From NCBI GenBank assembly GCA_007376295.1, contig VMGB01000001.1:413969-477968 (forward strand): a DNA stretch of 64,000 bases, in the 5' to 3' direction. The translations under genes and the position numbers were made by a program. Positions 37,550 through 46,257 of this stretch are shown here, in pieces (position 1 is the stretch's first letter; each line of letters opens with the position of its first letter). The DNA comes from Parcubacteria group bacterium Gr01-1014_13. GTDB taxonomy: Bacteria; Patescibacteriota; Patescibacteriia; Magasanikbacterales; GWA2-37-8. Under the pieces are notes generated by a model. That model ran no database searches. It had not been told where the DNA came from and saw only the letters and a list, made by a program, of their open reading frames with translations.

Positions 37550-38977
37550 TTAAGAATATAATTTATCACCTATTTTTAAAACTGCTTCTTCTCCCAATCT
37601 TGGTCCGATAATTTGCACGCCAACCGGTAAACCGGCGGCGGTTTTTCCGCAATTAACAGACAAAGCAGGCATACCGGCAATAGAAGCCGGGCTAACCATT
37701 ACATCGGCCATATACAAAGCCAATGGATTATCTTTCTTTTCGTCAATGCCAAAAGCGGGAAATGGCGAGGTTGGAGTAATTAGCGCGTCAACTTTTTTAA
37801 AAACATTTTCAAAATCTTTTTTTATTAAAGTACGGACTGTCTGCGCTTTTTTGTAATATGCATCATAATATCCGGCCGACAAAGCATACGTACCGATTAA
37901 AATTCGGCGCTTCACTTCTTCTGGAAAACCTGTTGCGCGTGAACTAGCATACAAATCATACAGGTCTTTGCCTTTTTGCCTGACTCCGTATCTTATACCA
38001 TCCATTCTGCCCAAATTTGAGCTGTCTTCGCTAGGCACTATGATGTAATAAACGGCAATGGCATATTTGGTGTGCGGCAAACTTACTTCTTCGATTTTAC
38101 AACCCAATTTTTTTAATTTAGCAATTTGTTGTTCGGTAATTTTTCTTACTTCCTCGTCTAAGCCTTCTAGTTCAAAATATTCTTTCGGAATTCCAATGCG
38201 CATGCCTTTTATTTTTCCCTCAACCTCTTCGCTATAGCTAGGAACCGGATCATTTACTGTAGTAGCATCAAGTCGATCATTGCCTGCAATTTGTTCCATA
38301 ACCAAAGCGGAGTCGTAGACAGTTTTTGTTATTGGCCCAACTGTATCTAAAGAAGAACCCATCGGCATGATACCATAGCGCGAATTACGTCCGTAGCTGG
38401 GACGAAAACCGGTGACTCCACAAAAACTAGCTGGCTGACGAATTGAACCGCCCGTATCTTCGGCAATAGCATAGATACACATATTGTCCGCTACTGCGGC
38501 AGCCGAACCTCCGGATGATCCGCCCGCGACCTTTGATAAATCGTGTGGATTGCGTACCGGACCATACATGCTATTTTCGTTACTAGCGCCATGACCAAAA
38601 GCATCGCAATTGTTTTTACCTAGTAATACACCACCTTGACTACGAATTTTGCCGATTACAGTTGCATCAAATGGTGGAATATAATTATCCAAAATTTTTG
38701 CCGAAGCGGTAGAACGTACCTCAGCTGTACAGATAGCGTCTTTTACAGCAAATGGAATCCCAGTAAGCGGCCCGGCCTTTCCTTGATGTATTAATCCATC
38801 AGCAATTTTTGCTTCTTCTAACGCTGATTCTTCACAAACAGTAATAAAGGCATTTATTTCTTTATTTCTAGCTTTAATCCTATCTAAACAAGCCTGCGTC
38901 AACTCCACAGAGGTAAATTTTTTCTTTTTTAATCCTTCACCAGCTTCTTTGATTGTGAGTTCGTTTAAATTCTTCAT
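37550..38977 (-). CDS. gatA: Glu-tRNA(Gln)/Asp-tRNA(Asn) amidotransferase subunit A
   Basis: 475 aa; amidase signature GGSSGGSAAAVA and catalytic Ser-cisSer-Lys context; gatC lies immediately upstream with a 4-nt overlap. Confidence 0.85.
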   Translation of the reverse strand: MKNLNELTIKEAGEGLKKKKFTSVELTQACLDRIKARNKEINAFITVCEESALEEAKIADGLIHQGKAGPLTGIPFAVKDAICTAEVRSTASAKILDNYIPPFDATVIGKIRSQGGVLLGKNNCDAFGHGASNENSMYGPVRNPHDLSKVAGGSSGGSAAAVADNMCIYAIAEDTGGSIRQPASFCGVTGFRPSYGRNSRYGIMPMGSSLDTVGPITKTVYDSALVMEQIAGNDRLDATTVNDPVPSYSEEVEGKIKGMRIGIPKEYFELEGLDEEVRKITEQQIAKLKKLGCKIEEVSLPHTKYAIAVYYIIVPSEDSSNLGRMDGIRYGVRQKGKDLYDLYASSRATGFPEEVKRRILIGTYALSAGYYDAYYKKAQTVRTLIKKDFENVFKKVDALITPTSPFPAFGIDEKKDNPLALYMADVMVSPASIAGMPALSVNCGKTAAGLPVGVQIIGPRLGEEAVLKIGDKLYS

Positions 38978-39276
38978 AAATCAGCTTGATTTTCAAATAC
39001 TCCCGGCACTACCAATTCGTTATTTTCCATTTGCGGCATCTGAGCTAACAACTCCTTGATTATTTTGCAATCGCGAGATTCGTCTGCCCGTACCACATCT
39101 TCTAAACCGGTAACTTGCGAGGTTTGTTCGACACCACTAGTGTCTACTTCATTTAAAATTTTCATATAATCCAAAACAACCGAAATGGTTTCGGCATAGC
39201 GTTTTTCTTCATCTGGGGCCAACTTAATTCTGGCCAGTTGAGCAATCTTTTTTAGCTCCTCGATAGATATGGACAT
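38974..39276 (-). CDS. gatC: Glu-tRNA(Gln)/Asp-tRNA(Asn) amidotransferase subunit C
   Basis: 100 aa; N-terminal LARIKLAPDEEKRYAE typical of GatC; overlaps the gatA start. Promoter TTGCCA(39305-39310)-N16-TAGAAT(39283-39288) predicts a near-leaderless mRNA. Confidence 0.7.
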   Translation of the reverse strand: MSISIEELKKIAQLARIKLAPDEEKRYAETISVVLDYMKILNEVDTSGVEQTSQVTGLEDVVRADESRDCKIIKELLAQMPQMENNELVVPGVFENQADL

Positions 39277-39311
39277 AGTGATATTCTACTAAAAAACCAG
39301 AGTGTTGGCAA

Positions 39312-39612
39312 ATAAAAAAGCGTGCAAGGTTACCAGCGCCCATTGCACGCAGGAGATTTGTCAGATAGAGCTTAAATATCGAGTATCAAGTACCTCGCAA
39401 TACTGCGAGGGAGTAGTAATGTAAAGCACTCTATCCTACCCCTTTTGCTTTTGAGGCGGGGTCGTATCCATCAATGTGGAATACGCCAGATTGAATCAGT
39501 CAATGTTACCATTGACCACGGTTTTAATCCCGAGCAGGTTTGCTGGCTTGCTGCACCTACTACCCAACCACATTTGAGCTGCTATAGAGGCAGCTTTTGC
39601 CCACCTAAGCAC
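39312..39612 (-). ncRNA. candidate ~300-nt structured non-coding RNA (identity unknown)
   Basis: The region is GC-richer than its flanks and has no credible ORF. On the minus strand it is bounded by a TTGACA(39636-39641)-N17-TAGTGT promoter-like box on the upstream side. On the downstream side it ends at a strong hairpin GCGTGCAA-N15-TTGCACGC (39319-39349) plus TTTTTTATTT. The assignment to the minus strand is tentative. Confidence 0.35.
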
Positions 39613-39649
39613 CACACTACAATACAAAATTTACCCTGTCAATACAAAA

Positions 39650-39674
39650 ACAGCCTTTGGTAAGGCTGTTTTTG
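39650..39674 (-). terminator. rho-independent terminator (stem CAGCCTT-loop-AAGGCTG plus T-run)
   Basis: Minus strand reads aaaaaCAGCCTTaccaAAGGCTGtttttgtatt, placed 3' of the 39692..40177 gene. Confidence 0.6.
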
Positions 39675-39691
39675 AGATAAAATTTGGTATT

Positions 39692-40177
39692 TTATTTCTG
39701 TACCGTAATTGTTGCAGCTCCGCCCCCATCGCAGGTTATATAATGAGTACCGAGTGTAGATGGCGCAGTAGCAATTGCGAAACCATAGGCTTTTATATTG
39801 AAGGATTGTCCGCCGGTAATAGCAATCTTGTGGGCTCTTGGATCTCTGTTATCTAACATGAACTTGGTACCTTTTTTCAAGGTAAGAGTACCAGGAGAAC
39901 CATGACAGCTAACAAATTGAAAGTAATAGCCGGTATTCTTGTAAATTTTTATAGCGTCTAAGTACGATTTGGTGGCTGGCAAAGATACATTTGTGGCAGC
40001 AGCAGGTTTTTTTGAAGTTGCGGCTCCAGATTCAGGCAGAGTGTTTGTGCTTGAATCTGTACTTGCTGGAAAAGACGGGTAATTCAATTTTAAATTAACA
40101 TAAACAGAATACGCGATTACTCCTAATAAAATAACCCCTCCTATTATATATAAAAATTTTCTTGGAATTTTATGCAT
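39692..40177 (-). CDS. signal-anchored secreted hypothetical protein
   Basis: 161 aa; N-terminal TM/signal segment, Ser/Thr/Ala-rich linker and a C-terminal beta-rich domain. Confidence 0.45.
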   Translation of the reverse strand: MHKIPRKFLYIIGGVILLGVIAYSVYVNLKLNYPSFPASTDSSTNTLPESGAATSKKPAAATNVSLPATKSYLDAIKIYKNTGYYFQFVSCHGSPGTLTLKKGTKFMLDNRDPRAHKIAITGGQSFNIKAYGFAIATAPSTLGTHYITCDGGGAATITVQK

Positions 40178-40188
40178 ACTAATTAAAT

Positions 40189-40530
40189 TTAAATTATCTT
40201 TCCTTCTCGACCTTTTAATTGTGATAAAACTTCTTCATTTTCCTCAGCTTCTTCTACTTCGGCATCTCTTCGCGCCCAAGCTGCTTCTTGCATACCCCGT
40301 AATAAATCATGATGTTTTAATTCGTTTTTCTCTTTTGTTCTATTTAGGTATATCCCGATACTTTTTTTCTTGTACTCGCCCCAAGCACCGTGATTATCGC
40401 CCAAAAAAATAGTTGCCGCTTTACCAAAAGAAGCATCCACCGTAAGCGGATTAGGCATACGCAAGTATTCTTCGGCTTTTTTTATTATTTTTTCTATTAA
40501 TTTCTGATCTAAACCCTGCTGTTTCATAGC
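40189..40530 (-). CDS. hypothetical charged protein (start probably at internal Met)
   Basis: The track ORF 40189..40665 overlaps the upstream gene by 74 nt in another frame; the internal start MKQQGLDQK... avoids that overlap. The C-terminus is acidic (EVEEAEENEE). Confidence 0.35.
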   Translation of the reverse strand, partial: AMKQQGLDQKLIEKIIKKAEEYLRMPNPLTVDASFGKAATIFLGDNHGAWGEYKKKSIGIYLNRTKEKNELKHHDLLRGMQEAAWARRDAEVEEAEENEEVLSQLKGREGKII

Positions 40531-40591
40531 ACTATAAATGATAGCACAAAAAGAGCGTTTTTTCAAATACTCATTTGGTATAAAGTAAAAA

Positions 40592-42109
40592 TCAGGCAAG
40601 CCCAGGGAAGAAGTCTTTTTTAATCTGTTGTTTTGGCACACCAATTTTTCGTAAGATTTGTTCAAAAGCCACTACCATATTGTTGGAACCGGACAAGTAA
40701 AAAGTTCTTTCTTTAAAATCCGGGACTGTGCGCATAATCATTTTGTCATCTACCATACCCCGTTCACCTTGCCAATCAGCTGGATAAGGAGTGCTGGAAA
40801 TAGTGTAAATTGTTTTTATTCCCAATTCCCGCTCACCCTGATCAAAAAGGTCTCGGTAAGCAATATCAGCTGGGGTGTAATTTGAGTATAGTAAAATTAT
40901 ATTTCTCTTTTCTTTCGTGTCCAACAAATACTTTACCATGCTTCTAAAAGGGGTGATACCGATACCACCGGCTATAAAAACAAGTTTTTTATTTTTATCT
41001 TTTGGCAAAACAAAGTCTCCGGCCAATTGAGAAGCCACGATTTTGTCGCCATGGTTTAGAGTAAGTATTGATTTTTTAAAACTGCTTGAGTGAGGATAAA
41101 ATTTTATCCCCGTTCTAATTTCCGGCTCAGTTGGAGATGAGGCGATAGTAAAATATCGTCTCATACCTCTGGTATCTTGATGATCGTGTTCCAAAGTCCA
41201 TTCCAAATACTGCCCGGGTTTAAATACTAATTTTTTGTCTGATTGAAAAACAAAATCATACACATCTGGCGCTATCATCAATTTTTCTTTTAATTCTAAA
41301 ATAAGTTTATACTTTGGACTAATGATATAAGAAAAAATGTTACCTGCCAGCAGAGCTAATTCCGGAGTGGAATAAACATAACCAATATGAATAAAAGGAG
41401 CGAACAAAACTCCGGTTAGGGCACCATAAAGTATCCGCAACTTTTTGGTGGGAGGTGTAGTCATCGGTTCGGTGAGCATAACACAGGCGAAGAAAATAAG
41501 CGGAGAAGAAAATAATATTTCTTTTGAAATCATTAATAAATTGCTTTGTTTTAAGAAAAAGTATCCCAAAATAGTGGCCGCAGAAAAAATAATAAAACTT
41601 AAAACTAAATCAAATCTTCTTAATTTCCGCACCATGAGCAAACCGCCAACAAAAACAAAAGGCAACATATACAGATTACCCACCCACCAATTGGCTGACT
41701 GTCCCGAAATTATAGCCGTCAACGCTACAGCGACTGCTGTCGGATTAAAAATGTGCTTCTTGTTTATCGCGATAATATACTTAGAAGCCATGGCCAAAAA
41801 AGCTGCGAAACCCAAAAATACCAAGCCGTTAACCGATCGAACCGGCGCAATAATGAGTGTTAAGATAAGACCCGTGGTGTACACCGATTCAATATTACTT
41901 GGAGCGCCAAAAACACGCGCAAAAATTGCGTTTACAACCAAACAAACACATACGATAAATATCCCGGAAACTGCCAAAGCGATTGGCGTGTACGGCAACA
42001 ATCTAAAAAAACTCAAAAACAAAGCGGCCAGCCAAAGAGCCAGCACATAATAAAGTACCAATCGATACATTGTTATTCGGTTGAGGAAATTGTCTATAAA
42101 TTTAATCAT
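40592..42109 (-). CDS. polytopic membrane domain fused to FNR-like FAD/NAD(P)-binding oxidoreductase domain
   Basis: 505 aa; ~8 TM helices N-terminally. The C-terminal FNR module has RRYFTIASSP (RxYS FAD motif) and GGIGITPFRSM (NAD motif). The N-terminal domain is paralogous to that of 43856..46240 (shared HxFNP(T/A) and ML(T/I)EP(M/L)T motifs). Confidence 0.6.
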   Translation of the reverse strand: MIKFIDNFLNRITMYRLVLYYVLALWLAALFLSFFRLLPYTPIALAVSGIFIVCVCLVVNAIFARVFGAPSNIESVYTTGLILTLIIAPVRSVNGLVFLGFAAFLAMASKYIIAINKKHIFNPTAVAVALTAIISGQSANWWVGNLYMLPFVFVGGLLMVRKLRRFDLVLSFIIFSAATILGYFFLKQSNLLMISKEILFSSPLIFFACVMLTEPMTTPPTKKLRILYGALTGVLFAPFIHIGYVYSTPELALLAGNIFSYIISPKYKLILELKEKLMIAPDVYDFVFQSDKKLVFKPGQYLEWTLEHDHQDTRGMRRYFTIASSPTEPEIRTGIKFYPHSSSFKKSILTLNHGDKIVASQLAGDFVLPKDKNKKLVFIAGGIGITPFRSMVKYLLDTKEKRNIILLYSNYTPADIAYRDLFDQGERELGIKTIYTISSTPYPADWQGERGMVDDKMIMRTVPDFKERTFYLSGSNNMVVAFEQILRKIGVPKQQIKKDFFPGLA

Positions 42110-42116
42110 ATATAAG

Positions 42117-42863
42117 CTATTTTACGACATATTTATCAAACCCGCTAGTCATCGTGGCAATACCATCCTTATCAATCATATATCCTTCAAAACCTGCTAG
42201 TCTCTCTATAAAATCTATTCCTTTTTTTCCCATAGCAAAGGCGGTAGTGGCGAACCTGTCTGCCTCATAGATATTTGGACCAATTACGGATAAACTGACA
42301 ATTTCAGTAATTAATTCTTTGGTCTGATGGGGATTGTAAATATGCTGACCTCGGATATAGGTACCTGACGTGGCTACTCCAACATCTGTGAGAGAAATAA
42401 CTTTAATTATTTCTTCGGCATTAAAAGGATTGCGTATCCCCACTCGCCAATTTTTACCTTGACTGTTTTGACCGTGCATCTCGATATCTCCTCCAGCTTC
42501 TACATAAAAATTTTTAAAACCTTGTTCTTGCAAAAGTTTGGCGGCATTATTTATTGCCCAACCTTTTACCAAGCCGGAAGGATCGTATTTTCCATCTTTG
42601 GATTTAATATCAAAGTATCCGTTTGTTATTTTCTTAGTTTCTTCACACAGCCGCCAGACTTCTAACATGTCTTGGCTATAATCTTTTTCTTTTATTTCGC
42701 CACGATTAATTTGACTTATATCGCTTTCGTCTTTATAGGTACTAAACTTTTTGTCTACATAATCAAAGTAAGAAAAAACTTTATCAAAAATATCTTCGGT
42801 AGCAAACGAATCACAAATTTCTACGGTAATTGGCATGCCCATCAGCTGTCGTGTTTGTTTCAT
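42117..42863 (-). CDS. apbE: FAD:protein FMN transferase (ApbE family)
   Basis: 248 aa; the ApbE core (MGMPITVEI, GWAINNAAKLL and ATSGTY motifs) is recognisable. The protein is short for the family and may be N-terminally trimmed, since the adjacent gene ends 1 nt upstream. Confidence 0.65.
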   Translation of the reverse strand: MKQTRQLMGMPITVEICDSFATEDIFDKVFSYFDYVDKKFSTYKDESDISQINRGEIKEKDYSQDMLEVWRLCEETKKITNGYFDIKSKDGKYDPSGLVKGWAINNAAKLLQEQGFKNFYVEAGGDIEMHGQNSQGKNWRVGIRNPFNAEEIIKVISLTDVGVATSGTYIRGQHIYNPHQTKELITEIVSLSVIGPNIYEADRFATTAFAMGKKGIDFIERLAGFEGYMIDKDGIATMTSGFDKYVVK

Positions 42864-42864
42864 G

Positions 42865-43389
42865 CTATGATTTAGCTTTGACCAAAGCGGAGGCCAATGA
42901 CTCTATAAAACCTTCGCTTGTTTGAGTAGCACCAGACACCATATCAATCTTGGCGCTTTGAGCGATGATCGCTTCAGTTCTTAGCCGAGGAAGAGATTCA
43001 TTGCTGATATTAATAGAAGTAGGTCGGTCATTAGGAAACTCCAAAAACTTTACATCTGTAAGTTTGCCGCTACTAATAACTGCAGATACCCGCACATTGC
43101 CAAAAATAGTGACTACGCTTGGTCCTAAATATTCTCCATTTTTGTATTGCCCCTTCTCTTCTTTTGGAGGTTGCGGAGTAGGTTTAACTGGTGGTGGGGT
43201 TTGGGCAGGCTTCTTTGAGATGACAGGAACAGGTGTCTCAGTGGTAGTTGGTATGCTGACTAAAGTCGTTGAGGAAACATCGAGCTTAAGGCCTAAATCC
43301 TGATTAGCACCTCCTAAACGCTGATAAACTGCATAAGCAACTACAGCCAAAACTACAAAAGAAGAAAAAATGATTTTCTTAAGTTTCAT
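42865..43389 (-). CDS. secreted FMN-binding domain protein (flavinylation target)
   Basis: 174 aa; signal/TM anchor, Pro/Thr-rich linker, and an FMN_bind motif DMVSGATQTSEGF carrying the (S/T)GAT threonine flavinylation site. Confidence 0.65.
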   Translation of the reverse strand: MKLKKIIFSSFVVLAVVAYAVYQRLGGANQDLGLKLDVSSTTLVSIPTTTETPVPVISKKPAQTPPPVKPTPQPPKEEKGQYKNGEYLGPSVVTIFGNVRVSAVISSGKLTDVKFLEFPNDRPTSINISNESLPRLRTEAIIAQSAKIDMVSGATQTSEGFIESLASALVKAKS

Positions 43390-43485
43390 AGAAGATCCGC
43401 TAAGATTAGATGAACTAGTATAATATATACTAAACTATACTATGAAATATATGAATTATCAAGGAGGCTTAACACAAAAACAAAA

Positions 43486-43512
43486 ACCCTCCGGTAAAGG
43501 AGGGCTTTTTAT
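43486..43512. terminator. bidirectional rho-independent terminator (CCCTCC-ggtaaa-GGAGGG flanked by A- and T-runs)
   Basis: Plus strand reads aaaaaCCCTCCggtaaaGGAGGGcttttt, located 3' of cspA. Confidence 0.6.
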
Positions 43513-43520
43513 TGAACTGG

Positions 43521-43721
43521 TTAGGCGCGAACAACGTTTGCAGCGCGAGGACCTTTTTCTGACTCTTCAACATCAAATGACACTGTGTCACCTTGTTTTA
43601 ATTCAGAAAATTGCATACCGCTCAAAGCAGTGGCGTGAAAGAAAATATCTTTTGAGCCATCTTCTGGAGTGATAAAACCAAAATTCTTTTCTGTAACTAG
43701 GGTTTTGATAGTACCTGTCAT
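43521..43721 (-). CDS. cspA: cold-shock protein (CspA family)
   Basis: 66 aa; RNP1 KGFGFI and RNP2 VFFHF-like motifs: GTIKTLVTEKNFGFITPEDGSKDIFFH. Confidence 0.9.
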   Translation of the reverse strand: MTGTIKTLVTEKNFGFITPEDGSKDIFFHATALSGMQFSELKQGDTVSFDVEESEKGPRAANVVRA

Positions 43722-43855
43722 AGTAAAAAATTAAATTGTGAATAAATTAATCGCCGGCAAAATTCGACTATTTTTCCACCTGGGAGATTTTTAATGAAAT
43801 TAGTATATCACAAAACAGCTCTTTTGTCAATACTTTATCCCTCTTTTGCCTAATT

Positions 43856-46240
43856 TTAGGCAAGTTTAACCGTGTCGTTATCTGTGCTAATTTCTACTGG
43901 ATCCAAGCCGCGTTTGGCTGGGCCATTTTTAAGAGAACCGTCAAATTCAAAACGTGAGCCGTGGCAAGGGCAGTCCCAGGTATTTTCGCCGTCATTCCAT
44001 TCAATTTGGCACCCAAGATGCGGACAGACAGTCGAAAAAGCTTTGACTTTGCCCTCTTTTTTAACTACGGCAAGCTTCTTGCCACCCACATCCAAAACCA
44101 TGCCTTTATTGTCAGCAAGACCGCTGATGTCCCCTGCTCCAGATGCAGATTGGGAGCCGGCTTCAACTGGCCAAACTAATGGACGATCGCAGGCAAAAAA
44201 CGCATGGTGGGGATTATTTTTTTGTTGTACCAAATCAGCGGCAATATTACCAGCAAAAAATCCTTGAGCTGTGCCATTGCCTGCCCAGCCAGTTAAAAAG
44301 ATGGCATTTTTGCCATATGCTGGATGAGGACCGATAAGAGGCAGGGTGTCTGGAGTATAGAAAAGCGAGCCTTGCCAGCTATTGATAACCTTTAGCGGTG
44401 TTTTCGAACCCACAAGGCTTCTAAACCATTTTTCCAATTCAACATGCGGATTTGTGTCCGGTTTTGGGGTATTGGTCTTCCAGTCCTCACCGCCTAAAAT
44501 AAATTCATCCTCGCCAACAGCCCGGAAATAATGATATGGATCCTGGTCATCCCAAAAAAATCCTTCAGCAAAAGTTGGTTTTTTATCAAACTTAATATCT
44601 ATAACATAACTCACTGCGCTACGAAGCAACTCTGCCACTTTAGGGAAAAATTTTACGGGCGGTAAACCAGTGGCCATGATAAGCCATTTTGCTTTTACAC
44701 TACCTGATTTAGTTTTGACGACCACTTGATCACTGAGAGCAATATCAACTACTTCACTATCTTCAAAAAATATAGCTCCATTTTTTGTAGATCGCTCTGC
44801 CAAAGAAATTAAAAATTGCCGCATATGGAACATGACCTCGGAAGCTTTTTTACGATAAGCAGCTACTACCGGAACACCGATGGCAGCACTCGCCTCTTCC
44901 TTTAACAAATACTCCATACTAGAATCCTTGGCTTGAAATTTTTGAAAGGTCTCAGCAAAATGTTTGAGTGATTTCTTATCTTTCTGAAGCGTAAAACAGG
45001 CAGTGTCAACTTCTTGCCACTCGCAATCTATTTTCTCCTCAATAATTGTTTTTTTAAACAGAGCGATAGCGGCATCACTACTTTCCCAGGCTGCCAAAGT
45101 TGGATCTAATGAATCAAGAAAGCGAGTGCCGCAAGCTGTAGTAAAACCAGAATCGCCACTGGCAATAGTAACGGATTCAAGCAGCGCAGTGCTAATACCA
45201 TTTTTTGATAAAAAATACGCAGCTGAAATTCCGGCCATACCGCCGCCAACTATTACTACATCAACTTGTTTATCACCTTGCAAAGCAGGATAACGCGGCT
45301 TGTCCGGAACAGATCTAAACCAATAAGAAGCTTCTCCGGCAATAGTTGGATTTTTAGCCCCACAATCACAATTGGCACAGGTCGAAACTTTTTTTCGATT
45401 AGGCAAAAATAACAGACTGGCCACAAGATTGCCGGCCAAAAGTCCGAAGACGAGCGGGTCTAAAGTGACTAGATTAAATTTACGAGCCAGATAGGTAACC
45501 AGGACTATGGCAAAGCCAACAAATGCTCCGTAAAATATTTCTTGACGTCTTGTACGAAAAGTTGAAGTGAGCGGTTCAATAAGCATTACTGTCGAGAAGT
45601 AAAGAATTACACTGCTCACTATTTGAACAAAGAGTACGTCCGGCAATCGTTCTGGCGTTACTCCATTAATCAAAGATAATATGCCAAGAAAAAAAGCATA
45701 CGATAACAAAAATGGAACGGTGACATGCCAGCGATTCTGCCGCCAAAGAATAATAACAGCAGCCACTGCGCTAAACACAAATAGCCACATGCCAATATCT
45801 AATTTTTGCAAACCACCTATTGTCGGAACTACTTCGCCAGTTACTGCCCACCAAGAAACAGAGGGAGTAAAAAAACTCATTACCGCCAAAGCAAAAGAGG
45901 CGGGATTGAAGACGTGGCGATTTTTCCTAAAATGCAAAAGTTGTTTAGAAGCAACAGCTAACAGTGGAAGAGCAATGAGAATTATAAGAGGAGGTTTTGG
46001 GAGAGCGCCGATAGTGAGTATAAAGCCAGATATCCAAGATGATACGGGAAGATACCAAACTCTGTCGCGTGCATATGTCCATAAAAGATCAAAAGAAGCA
46101 TAAAGGAGTACAATTAGTACTCCATCTGCAAACATCATGATATCTTTAAAATAGAGAGACGCAAATAATGTGAGTAGGCCCAAATAGCCCACCATGAAAT
46201 ATTTAATATTTAACGACTTCTTCAGACGGGCCAAAATCAT
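43856..46240 (-). CDS. three-module membrane oxidoreductase: polytopic membrane domain + FAD-dependent oxidoreductase (DAO-like) + C-terminal Rieske [2Fe-2S] domain
   Basis: 794 aa; the N-terminal ~300 aa is membrane-embedded and paralogous to 40592..42109. The middle has VVIVGGGMAGISAAYFLSKNG (FAD Rossmann). The C-terminus has CPHLGCQ...CPCHGSRF (Rieske CxH...CxxH). Confidence 0.6.
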   Translation of the reverse strand: MILARLKKSLNIKYFMVGYLGLLTLFASLYFKDIMMFADGVLIVLLYASFDLLWTYARDRVWYLPVSSWISGFILTIGALPKPPLIILIALPLLAVASKQLLHFRKNRHVFNPASFALAVMSFFTPSVSWWAVTGEVVPTIGGLQKLDIGMWLFVFSAVAAVIILWRQNRWHVTVPFLLSYAFFLGILSLINGVTPERLPDVLFVQIVSSVILYFSTVMLIEPLTSTFRTRRQEIFYGAFVGFAIVLVTYLARKFNLVTLDPLVFGLLAGNLVASLLFLPNRKKVSTCANCDCGAKNPTIAGEASYWFRSVPDKPRYPALQGDKQVDVVIVGGGMAGISAAYFLSKNGISTALLESVTIASGDSGFTTACGTRFLDSLDPTLAAWESSDAAIALFKKTIIEEKIDCEWQEVDTACFTLQKDKKSLKHFAETFQKFQAKDSSMEYLLKEEASAAIGVPVVAAYRKKASEVMFHMRQFLISLAERSTKNGAIFFEDSEVVDIALSDQVVVKTKSGSVKAKWLIMATGLPPVKFFPKVAELLRSAVSYVIDIKFDKKPTFAEGFFWDDQDPYHYFRAVGEDEFILGGEDWKTNTPKPDTNPHVELEKWFRSLVGSKTPLKVINSWQGSLFYTPDTLPLIGPHPAYGKNAIFLTGWAGNGTAQGFFAGNIAADLVQQKNNPHHAFFACDRPLVWPVEAGSQSASGAGDISGLADNKGMVLDVGGKKLAVVKKEGKVKAFSTVCPHLGCQIEWNDGENTWDCPCHGSRFEFDGSLKNGPAKRGLDPVEISTDNDTVKLA

Positions 46241-46257
46241 AATTCCTTAGAGGTGAT

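Noticed and set aside
39312-39612. RNase P RNA, tmRNA, T-box leader or 6S RNA identity for the GC-rich intergenic RNA candidate
   Set aside because: The RNase P P4/CR-I-V motifs (GGAAAGUCCGG, GGUGAAA, ACAGAAnCCGGCUUA) are absent, as is a tRNA-like acceptor/T-arm 3' end. No AGGGUGGNACCGCG T-box sequence is present. It is too long for a typical 6S RNA. Identity is left open.
40189-40665. Full-length 158-aa ORF overlapping the 3' end of the membrane-FNR gene by 74 nt
   Set aside because: The N-terminal 40 codons are in a different frame over a well-supported C-terminus of the upstream gene. An internal Met (MKQQGL...) gives a non-overlapping ~113-aa product, annotated instead at low confidence.
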